DNA of 64,000 nucleotides from Tubiluchus corallicola (taxonomy: Eukaryota > Animalia > Priapulida): the NCBI GenBank assembly GCA_030141605.1, contig JAQGDQ010000159.1, forward strand, positions 62,001-126,000. Reading direction: 5' to 3'. The stretch's first letter is position 1. The number at the start of each line of letters is the position of its first letter. This document shows positions 12,776 to 24,600 of this stretch, one piece after another. Below the pieces are notes generated by a model, which was given only the letters and a program-made list of their open reading frames with translations, was not told the origin of the DNA and ran no database searches. The position numbers were made by a program, and so were the translations under genes.

Positions 12776-14076
12776 GACAATATGGTCATTTATTGGAAGC
12801 AAAATTTCATGCAACATTTACTTGCACATCTGTGTATTTAAATGTTATCAGATGTTGTATGAAACTACATATTTGCTCAGAACGGGTTTTATAGTCTTTG
12901 CCTGGGAACACTATTTGAAAACAGTCCAGTGTTAGTTGCAAAGTAGTTAACTGATTTTCGCATGAATGCAGATAAGTTATTAAATATTGGCATTTTAATA
13001 GTTGTCATGAATGTGAAAATCTAGTTCTAAGTATTTCTCACTCTGTAAATTAGGCATTCCTTGGATTTTCGTATTTTTACAGACAAAACACATTGGCAAC
13101 ATTTTATTATATAAATCTAGGCATTTGATGAAAAGTTGCGGGCAAAAGATAAGCTAAGAACTATTAAAGTTTTATTTTAGTCAAATCAGTTTAAAGTCAC
13201 TCTAATTAATTTTGATTTCATTTTAATTAACATGTATATCACATATCATACCACAGTATCCATGTTGCTACTTTTAAAATAGTTCGCAAGTCAAATTCTG
13301 GAAATTGCTCGCATTTACAAATTTTTTTGGTAAAAGAGAAATTTCCCTCTTAAATTTGAGGTTCTCTAATTATATTTTTACTGGCAATCAAAAAGAATTT
13401 TTGAAGTTGAATTGTTTTGAGGGTTAGTATTAGAGTAAATAGTTCCAATTGTATGTGTTTGCAAGTATTTTTATCAGCTCCAGACACTTTGTACAGGCCA
13501 GATTGAATTTGTACTTCTGTTAAGTCCATTTTCTTAACTATGTACTTTCTTTTCGTATCGGACAGATGCAACTTTAGCAGAATTTGCTGTAAATGTTTCA
13601 AATGTACATGTGCTAGTTGGTTGTAAAATTTCCGGAAATTATTTGCAAGAAAATGTAGTAGTTTCATTACAGCAAGTGTATTTGTGTGGCTAATATCATT
13701 CCGGGAATAGTAAATCTGGCTTGATGACCATAGAACTAAGGTGGTTACCATAATGAGAGGAGTTAAAGACCGGTAGTGAAATACTCTTCCTCCAAGTCAT
13801 GTTGACAATGCCTTTTTCATGTACTACTGACATTCATGTTGTTGTCAGCTGTGTACTTGGTGTATTGAAGATCACTGTTTCAAAACGTGAAGCAATAATC
13901 TCTTGTGGCTTGGTGTGATGGGCAGGGTGGGTGTTCATGTACTTTATGTAGATGGGTATGTTGAAATGGAAATTTGGTCCTTGCAGTACTTATCCTTAGT
14001 TAAAAGAATAATTTCTAGTGACTTTTCACAAAGTGTACAAAGTGTCTCATGTGGTGATTTTCTTGCTTTTATTAAG

Positions 14077-14199
14077 GTTGTTAAAGAATCAATTTTGTTG
14101 CAATACATGCAAGGGATTACATTGTGGATAAACTTGGTGGATAATGCGTAGAAAGGGATTAAGGATAATCGCATTGGATTAAGGGCACTTGGGGCAAAG
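14077..14199 (+). other. Candidate non-coding GGAT-rich exon A downstream of SRSF1
   Basis: Acceptor TTTTCTTGCTTTTATTAAG| at 14076, donor AAG|GTACTA at 14200, and six GGAT within about 14113-14180. Confidence 0.45.
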
Positions 14200-14540
14200 G
14201 TACTAGTGTAGCTATATGCAATGTTTGCATGGTTATATTGATTAATGCTTTTTGTATACTGATATATATTACCATGCTATGAGCCTATAAACCTGTTCAA
14301 AATGTTCTTTCTATGGTACTTTTAAGTTGCTTTTAACTTTTCAAAACTAAAATACATATATTGGCTTGAGCCAAGAGAGTTAACTCTTCAGTGATACGTG
14401 TTAGTGTGTACTGAACTAGAACATGTACCTGTAAAAAAGTGAAATGAGATAATAAATTAATACATTGAAATTAAATATTTTGTTTTCTGTAAATTCTTGC
14501 AAACCACTTTTTTCTAATGACATATTTTTCTTTTATTAAG

Positions 14541-14976
14541 GTGTTAAAAGCAGCAATTTAATTTGGAGTCATTCAAAGGATACAATCCTAATCTATGGAT
14601 TACAGGAGGCTTACCCCGTTGTGGATCAGCCCCTAAATCTGGATTGGATTTACTTAGGAAGGGATTAGGAAATTGTTAGGAGCACATGGATGCCCCTGTG
14701 CATAACATAAATTACTTGATGGATCATTCTTTACTGGCGAATGTGGAGATATGGAGTGGAGTAATGTAGGATTAAAGGGATAACATAATTGTGGATCAAG
14801 CATCAGCTCTCATAAAGGAGCTTGGATCATTAGGATTATGCACATAAGTCACTTTTGTTTGGACCCATTTGATCTTTGAAACAATAATCAGGATTGCTTT
14901 CACGACCGTATTTTACTAGTGGAACTCATGCATTTTAATTAGGATCATCTCCATCTTATGCATCAATTTTCATATG
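14541..14976 (+). other. Candidate non-coding GGA-rich exon B downstream of SRSF1
   Basis: Acceptor TTTTTCTTTTATTAAG| at 14540, donor ATG|GTATGT at 14977. Hand count gives 26 GGA (15 GGAT) against 2 TCC in 436 nt; no long ORF. Confidence 0.6.
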
Positions 14977-15472
14977 GTATGTATAACAATATTTTCACAT
15001 GGGCCCGTAAATTTGCTAGTAGGGTAATTTGAGGCATTAACAGTGGGTGATCTCGTAATTTCTCTGATTTTAACTTAGGCATTTAATTTGCCAAAAGAAT
15101 CGGAGTGTTGTGAGGATAAGTTTCTATACTTTGTTGTATGGGTGTGACTTGAGGACTGAAGTTCAACTGCGCACTCATAGTGATGGGAATTTTAAGTCAT
15201 ACGTCAGACGGTAGCAAGTTTTGGGTTTAACGAATGTACAGAGCCCCTAATAATAACGTTTTTGGCTTTGAGAAGTATGCAATAAGAAGCGAGTTTCTAG
15301 AGGAAAATGCACGAGGCAAGGTAAATTAGGCGTTAAGCTAATATAAAGGAACAGGCAAAACGGAGGTTTTTCTATAGCAAGTTTTAATCTTGGTGAGCCA
15401 CCTCTATTACTGCTATAATGGTCTGCCCCATAATATTTTCATTGTCCCATCATACTAATGTGTATTTTACAG

Positions 15473-15570
15473 GTTAGTCACAGGATTCGAGAACAAAAGG
15501 TTTTAAAATATATTTTTTATAATTTATTTTCTTTGAGTAAACAAGCAATAAAATACAAAATTAAAACAAG
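15473..15570 (+). other. Candidate distal terminal exon of the extended SRSF1 transcript
   Basis: Branch-like ACTAAT (about 15454-15459), acceptor TGTGTATTTTACAG| at 15472, AATAAA at 15547-15552. Confidence 0.45.
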
Positions 15571-15676
15571 GATTGTTCAGGTTTGATTTATACACGGGTA
15601 AGTTGCAATTTATTAAACTACCGTATATTGTAAAACTGAAAGATGCATTCACGTATGTTTTGTTTTCACCGTAACA

Positions 15677-18600
15677 CTATCTCTTGAAAGGTGGTGTAAG
15701 TTTTAAATTGTTCATATTTTTTACAAAGTGTTTTGGCAAATAGCAGTCAATAAACACATTTCTACCATCATTAATTTCTGGGATGATCAGTGACTTGGCA
15801 TGAAGGTGCATGGGAACATGGCGGGCCTTTGCTTGTCTGACCTTCAAATTTCGCAATATATCTGCAGGCAGTTTCTGAAATCAAGCAAGAAAAAGCAGAT
15901 GATGAAATATTAACAAAAATTGTACAATTTTGAATGGCGGTAACTTTTGTAGCCTTGAAGTGTGCAACAGCAACCTTAATACAAGAATGATAAAAGCGAC
16001 CCACATGGTCCACATTTAATTCGTAAACGGTGGCTTTCCGTATTGCAAAGTGTGCCACATTTCATCTGCACTAGCTACGCAAAAAAAAACGAGGAAATAA
16101 AAGAGTATGCTACTTTCATTTGACTTGGTGCCATTATAAAACAAGACTCAGTGCTTAATGGATTCTAGGTCTGCCGAAGTCTGACAGTCACAAGCTGAAA
16201 ATTGGAAAATGACTAATGATATGTAGCCTGTGCAGTTCAACGAGAGAAATTAATTGTTTGGAAGAGAATGAGATTCACAGTGATGTTGGTCTTGAATTAG
16301 TGTCAAAGTAAATCCACATTATTGTGGGACTTCCAAGAAATAGTGGCTTGGATAGCCCATTATTACCTTGCTTACTTGATTGAGAACATTGGGTACCATC
16401 AGGTCCTTTTTTAACGTGAGTGTGCAATCATGAACAAGAATGACATGAGACACAGACACAAAAAATGCACACGAAAGTTGCATATGCAGCTATCTCTTAT
16501 TTTGACAAATTAAAGGAATTGTATTTCTTGTTTTAAGGGTGCACACTGGTTACATTTTGTGTAAAAATATTATTTCCTGGATACAATAGTACGTTACAAA
16601 ATTGGCTACAGTAAACTATATGTATTACCATGACCATTATTATTTTAGCATTAGCCCAGCAGTTCTGACTTTGGTAAGCACTACGTAGGTTATTATACAG
16701 CATTTGTATTTGCTGTTACATTTTAAAACCGAGCAACTGTTTATAAGGCACTTCTACATAATATTGACATTTGCAGGCCTAACTGCTGTATGTTCCAAAA
16801 AATGCAAAAGTTTGTATGGAATACATGGCTAAAAATTGTGACTTGTATGGGTTTTGGCCGCCTGTTGTAAGTTGGTTACCCGCTTGAACATGACATCTTC
16901 AGCTACAAGAAAGACCCATAAAGGTTTTGTTATAAAATATATAAACAGTGTATTGATTTTTTGAGGAAAAATGTTATGTTGAAGAAAATTGAAATCTGTG
17001 AATACAAAAAACAATAACAGATTAAATTATAATGTGTGTGAATAACTGAAAACAAAAATATGAAAATCACTTCATAACTACATAGCCTACAATTCCCATT
17101 CATCTTTTTATTCTGTCAACTTGGCCTCTATAATACCTTGATGTTTGGGTATGGTGAAAGCCATTTCTATAACATGGAGATTTCAGCTCAAAATTTTGAT
17201 ACTACATTTTGTTCATTTGGTGCCTTGGCCGTATAGTACCATACCTTGAGATAAATACAAGCTATCTTGAGGTGAATTATTGCTGTATTCTAGAAAAGTG
17301 AAAACTAAACATAAACAAAGAGAAATCTAATTGGGCAATATGCCAGTTTTAGGTTTTGGCTGCTGATCTCAGTAGACTCGACTCACTAGAACGATATAAT
17401 TTGCGAATCAGTTCAGCAAAGCTGCATGGTGTTGGTGACTTGATTACGCTTGGTGACGTGGATAAAATGGATACGTGTAACTATTATGTAGCTAATATGG
17501 TCGTATTTACAGTTCATAATTCTATATTGCATGTATGCAATAACTAGATGTTCCTTCTTGTTCTGACGTCAAAGAATAGTAATCATATTGTATCATATAT
17601 CGTGACTACAAAACTGGTATTATCAATCACACGTAAAAGATCTACAGGATTTGCCCATGTTTAGCAGTACTACAACTTAAACAACACTGAATTGTGCCAT
17701 CTACTGTATTACCTGTGGTGCAAACTTTGTAATGTGAGAATATTTGTGGTCACCCAATATGGGACAGTTCAGCCCAAATCCCAAGTGGCATCTAATTTGG
17801 TGGCGGACACCTAGAATAATAAAACACATAAATTACCAGATAGACATTTATGAACCGTGTGTAGATGCATTTACACTTGAATAGACATTTATGAACTGTG
17901 TGTAGATGCATTTACACTTGATAGGTGAATCGTGACATGTAAAGATGAATGGTGCAAATAAAAGAAAGAAACTTTCTGCCCTTAAACAATCTACAATATG
18001 TTATACCGATGACGATTAAGAACTAAATTTATATAACATGGTGACATTGGTTTTAAATGGTTTGTACGTGTATCATATAATACATAATACAAGCGCAATA
18101 TGAAATCATACCAAATGTTGGCCATCAGCCCTAATTAATGCACAGACAGTTTTCTGGTACGTATAATTATTGCAAAAAAATTGTAGTTGTTTTGTTCATT
18201 CTTACCAGTGTGTGGTCGCAGTTCCACCAGTGCTGCATTTCCACTGGTGTCCAACACTTTGTACTCTGTAATGGCTGTGCTTGTTTTCAAAGTGTTTTTC
18301 CTCAGACAAAGACGGGTTTGTTCATCATAGATAGGCTTTAATGTCAACTATCATAACAGATAAGAAATGTCAATAAGGAAATTAAGTTCATGATTTTATT
18401 TTCAAGGATATTAAAGTTCATGACTTTGTTTTTTGTTTAAAAAAAACATTAATTTAAACAAGAAACTGTAGCAATTACTCTTGTATTAGTAAATAATCAC
18501 TCACTAACTAATATCTATTTTTCGGTGTCATGCTTTTTGCATGCATGTACAGTTTGTAATTGCACAAAGCTGGTTTGCAAGCCTAATTTGTTTCTTTATG

Positions 18601-21600
18601 TAAAGTCATAATACTTATGTTGTAGTGGTGTAGTAATTCTAGTGTAGTAGTAGTAGTAATTTGTCACATATGACCATATTATTACAGTAATCATTTTTAG
18701 AATCGTCTGCAAAAACAGATATTCGTACCAAATATACAGTATTAATTAACAAAGTTGAAATTCGTATTAATACCAAACAATTCAGCTGAAAAGACGTAAA
18801 GCATCATCTGCGAATTTAGCTAATACTTCATTTTCCAGATTTAATAATCGTTCCAAGTATTTAAAGTGATGTTATATTTGTCTCTCATGCAGTCTGTTAT
18901 CAAAACAACATGCTCATCTTGCATGCTTATACCATAGCAAGTGCAAACTCCCAAGTTTCTGGGTATCGATGGTCTAGCCTACCTTCCTGTCTGAGTTTTC
19001 AGTGATGGGACAAGAGCATCAAATGGCTGAATTCTTAACAAATCAGGTAAATTTGCAAAATAAATTGGGTGCTGCACCAATGCAGGATCAAACTTCATAC
19101 AAGCGGAATATTGCTTACACTGTTTTGTTTGCACTTTTCCTTTAATGCAGTCGCTGAAAGAGTCTGGGTCGGCATTTTGATATGATTTAAAAGCTGCAAT
19201 ATATGCAAAATACACACACGCACATATTCTTAAGGAATTCTTCATTAACTACGCTTTGCTAATTCAGGAGCAGAAAAACACAAATGTGAGATGGTTCGGG
19301 GAAGTGCTGTCAGTTTTCACACTGACTTTTTTATTAGTTTCTTATGTTTCCTTCGTCTTAGTACAACTTTTAAATTAAAAAAACAATGTTCTATTCAATT
19401 ATGTATACATATATATATCGAAACTGCAGTTTAGGTGGCATCAGTCACATTCATACATTTAGTGAGATTACTAAATGCGAAGACGTTTACATTTATTTCT
19501 ATTTTACTTTTTTTGTAATCATTCTTGGAAGAAACTCACTAATATGAAGATTTATTTCTGCGATTTTGTGTTGTGTTCATCAATTTCAAAAGTATCAGTG
19601 GCTGCCAGATTTCCAGCCCCATTAAAGGAAAACTGGACCCAATCTTAAACGCGAGACGACCTACTGTTTTTTTTTTCAAAAATGACTTGCATGAAAGAAT
19701 TATCACACAAATGCAAATTCACGTTCGCACCACTAGTTCTTCGCCGTTACATGCATTTCGCTATTCGCTAAGCTAGACTAGCACCTGCATTTCGGAAATG
19801 CATTGCACAAAAAACGGGTGCTGTCCCTTTCAGTTCAGTGGTACTTGTTTGTGAAGTAGTGCACACGTTTTCAACAGCTCATTGTATGAGCACAGCAGTA
19901 AATATGAAATCTAAATTTTTATCTTAAAACTTTATCTTAAAAGTTTTAGTAAAACACACTGAATCTCTTACAGTAGTGCTGTACTTCAATTTTCGCTTTC
20001 GTAAATACTTGCAACACGCCGATGGAATGTTTTTGCTGTTGAAAAATTATGTTCGCTTGTGATGTCATCAAACTATCAGAAACATCGAGAGTTTTGTTAT
20101 AAGCCGAATCATATTACCGGGATTCGACTGTATTGTCATAGTAAACAAGCATATAACAGTGTGGTTATATCGCAGTATTAATATGCTTAATACATGGGAA
20201 ACGGTGCAAAATTACAATACGTTTTATCATTATTCAACCACAAATAAAACACACTTTTACTACTAAATTACTATCGCCTTGTGAGTCATAATGAATTATA
20301 GTTTCATTATGACTTAGCAATGGTCAAATTTCTACCAGGGAAGCCCCATAATTTAACCTGTTAGACAGCATAATTTATAGAAACAGAATGTGCAAATGTG
20401 GTCGGGTCATGTACAACAACAGCTAGTGTGCTCAGGCCCAAGTGTATGAAGCCCAAAAGGCTATGCCCAATTTTGCCGTTCCCAAATGCCCTGTTCCCTA
20501 ATGTTAACGCTTATGTTGGTTGAGAAAACTGATTTCAGATTTTCAGCATTATTCAAGTGAAAAGAAATTAAAATAATGATATATTACCAACCCTAACTCT
20601 AGATCCAATTTTGCTCTCAGCCATAGGAATGTTGATGATACCCTCAGCTGGAATGGGAGTCCTGATTGTGATTGCCCAGTATTTCTTGATGATTTCTCTC
20701 ATTTTGAACATATTATTGAGTTTAGACGCCAGCTCTTGATTACTGCAAATGAAAATTTATTTAAGTAACTGAAAAAATGTCTTCCAAAGTATAGAAACAC
20801 AGTTTTTTAGTCTTGTTAGAGATTATAGAAAACACTGTTACTGTAATACTACTGAATAGCTAAGAGTTGTCAAGCAGTCAGTGCATGAGCATGTCCATGA
20901 CCTAAAGCTAGTAATCTATAGTACGACATGTGAAGAAGAAACAGCAGATAACTTGCTTTTTCACAATAAAGAGCAAAAAACAAAATTCACAACTCAAAAA
21001 AAACAATTGAAAAGGCAATACCTGAAATTAACATTATGAGCAAATTTGCCTTTATTCAGAGCTGCAATGATTGCAGACAAAAATGATCGGGATGAAATTT
21101 TGTGAACACAAGTGATTTTCTCAAAAGGTAATGTTTGACTGTGATCACAACGTAATTTTAAACGATCATTTTTGCGATGATTTTGCTCGTTTTTTTGTAA
21201 TATTCTATTTTAATATAAAACAAATAATTGCCAAACACGCATCTGTTATACCCTGTCAGAATCACAATGGGAAAATCTCTAACGTTACTGTAATACAGCA
21301 GGCTGCAATTACTGTACCAAGAATGAAATGTATCCAACTTAATGACGCAATCGTACACTAGGCAATTTTATATGGAACAGTTGAGCAGTTGAACAGTATG
21401 AATCTTGTCGAACAAAGATACTGGTTTCCTTTAGTTTGTGAATTTAGCATATCAAGTTATTAAATTATTTGATCGTGATCACAGCCAGCTTTGCAAATCG
21501 ATCGTGACAGTCATTAAAATAAATTTTTTCGTTATCGTTAATAACCCTGCATTCGTTCAAATTTTGGCAGAACTTATACATAGTGCAATAGCCGTTGAGT

Positions 21601-24600
21601 ATAAATGGCAAAGCCAACAAGAATAGTGATGTTGGTTATTTTAGAACATTATAGAGAAATTGCAAAAGTAAGCTGATAATTAAAAAGACCAAAGTTTTTC
21701 AGAACCATGATTCACTTTTAGTTTGTGATCTGTATAAACTTTCTAATGTACTTAATGACCACAATTTCAAGTTTTGTCTAGCCTTTGAGCTGAGCCAGTG
21801 ATATGCATTTTTCACGGAGATTTATAAGGCATAGCTGATTAACTAGTCACTAACTTTTTTGCATGTTATGCATTTGTAATCGCAGAGGCAAAATTATTGG
21901 TACAGAATAATAATAAATGAAATATAATGGGAAATATGAAAACCTCATTTGCCAAATAGAAAACAGCTACTCACGATGCTAAGAGAACAATTCCAGTCGA
22001 GTATGCATCAATTCTGTGCACAAGATGCAACTGATCGATATTACCTCTTCCAGATTCAATTTTTCTCACCAGATTTGGTAGATATCTAGCTATATGATGG
22101 TGGACACCAGGACCGCCTGTTGAAAAAAATTATAAAGTATGCAGACATATACAAGATTTATAGCAATGAATTTGATAAACATCTTAAATTTACCTTATGT
22201 TAGTAATGAAGTTTGTTTGTTCTAAGAGTAAACAGTATACGGACAATAAGGACAATAACAATCCAATAAATGAATCTATGAGAACAGATCCAATAAATAA
22301 AACTATGAGAACAAATCAGATAAAACAGCAAAGCTAGTATAACTCACCATGGACTGGCAATCCATAAGGCTTATTGATAGCTATGATACCATCTGCAAAC
22401 ATAAAATAAAAATACATGCAATAAACTATTTACACTGCTAGCAAAAACAAAACAGATGTGAGTGAGATATCTAAATATCGAATGTTCATAATCATAGTTA
22501 CTTTCATTATAGATTACACTGTCTCGAAGCAGTTTAACAATTTCTTCAGCCAACTTGTGATCTAGGTTCTGTACTTGATTGGTCAATATACGAAAACCTT
22601 TACTATCCAATTTATAAGGAGCTTTTGTATCAATAGCAGCATTACCTGCAATAATCAAAAATTTTATTAGGCTTTTCGGTTTGTTGTATTAGCTTGCAGT
22701 AATAAATTATTGGAGTATTTAACCTAGAAATTCCCAGAAACATTTTAACACTGTGTAATAACACGACAACATTAATTACCACATGACTAATGAAAGTTAG
22801 TATGAAACCACCTGGAACTAGTAGGGACCAGGCAGTTGCCCATCCATTCACTGACGAGGCCTGAAGTTGCTTAACTTCATTCAATAAACACATACAGTAG
22901 CCACCTAGCTGTTCCACTCACCCCAGTATGCCACAGTCATTCTTTAATCTCACTTTTCAGCAAAATTCAAAAAAGTGTCAAATTTCATAAAGGTTTTACA
23001 ACTTTTTCACATACAGGCTTGGTTTGCTTTATCCTCTTGCTTTATTTTCATTAGCAGATCATAAGCTGTCTTTGACTCCGATAAACTGGCAGTCTGTTTT
23101 GACTTAACTGTTTTTGAAACAGGCTGCGAAGTCTTGACGGTATTAGCACTAGCATAATTCTTGAGATCTTTCTTTAACTTGAAAGCCTGAAATAACAGAT
23201 TATGTATACATATTGTGCTTGCTGTATACATACATAAGATACATAACACAAGTTATTATCTTAGTTTTCAGTTATGCTTAGTATGTACTTGTGTTAGGTG
23301 ACATTGAGAAACATCCAAGTAAACTTGCATCTACAACACTTGGCAAAAGTCAACTTTCACTTGCTGTTATACATTTTAGGTTACCCTATAACAGGTGATC
23401 ACTGTATTTACTGTTTCAAAATTTATTCTTGATTGGTGCCTTAAAATATGTCCTCTGTGTAGTCTCATCATTAGCGATTTTCTTCCCAAGTTAAACAGTT
23501 AGGTGCAAAAAATAATAAGCCCTTGTCCAATCTGCATATAAGTGATTCAGCATGGCAACTCGGTGAATTTCAGATTGGCCATCCAGACTTGTATTACAAA
23601 ACATTACAAACATTATACAAGACCTAGCTGGTTCCCCAAACTGCTGCTATTTCCATTGTAATAAGTGAATAGACAGACTCTTTACAGCAATTATGAAAAA
23701 GATTTTAGGTTGCTTGGAAACAAATGAATTTTGATAAAAATACAATAGCACATACAGAAAGCTTTGGAAGTTACATTAGTTGTCGCACCGCATTATTTTA
23801 CAGCTTATTGATTCTTATAACCAAATTATTTTGAAGAAATTAATCGAGCTACTGCATTTTAGCAAAACATGATAATATATCACACTTAGCCTTGTTTATT
23901 TATTGCACTTGGAGCTATCTGTATGCATTGTTGAGTGCCGTTTACTGCGCTAGCCCATATACCACAGTTGTGCTACTATGCATTTTGGCCAGCCTAAATA
24001 CCATACTGAAATAATCAAAGAAGTTGATTCCTGCAAAGTTCTTATTAATCACAATTTATGCACGAGTGTACATGCAAAACACTGGGAAGCAAACAGTTCA
24101 GCAACCTGTTAATGTCAGCAAACATGCTTTTTAATACTTAGGAAAGGTGAAGACACTACAAAATTAATTTTAATAATCTACACAGTATTGTATGCAATTT
24201 AATTTTTTTGAGAGGCGAATGGGACAACTTAATAGCACTGGCCATATATTACAAAACTTTGAAATGGCTCCCTAGCTTGTATACCGCAGAAGGCAGTAAA
24301 TGCGGTTCACCAGACCAGCCCATGTACTGCAGTTAGTTAGTAAATGGCTTACCAACCTGCATACCAAGCTTAAGAAAAAATAGTGTTTGATGAAGAGAAT
24401 GAAACAGCTCACCTGTCTATATGTAACTTATATGATGTGAGGCAAAATAAAAATGACGTACCTTAATGAAATATTAGAATTACATTGTAAATGTTAAAAA
24501 TGAAATGTTAAAAAGCTGGCCTATTTAACCTAAAAATTAACCTAACCGTTGAAACCAAATTTAATATCGCTTATCAGAATAACTCAGAATTAATAATATT

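Noticed and set aside
13350-13751. 133-aa minus-strand ORF between SRSF1 and RPUSD4
   Set aside because: No recognisable motif or linked exon chain. The real last RPUSD4 exon is 15874-15677. Probably a chance ORF, though not excluded without a homology search.
14330-14428. Minus-strand acceptor TTTTTTACAG| at 14428 suggesting an extra antisense gene
   Set aside because: Only a short open frame follows, with no partner exons or recognisable protein.
15771-16058. ORF-track 95-aa minus-strand ORF
   Set aside because: Off-frame overlap with the last RPUSD4 exon and its upstream intron.
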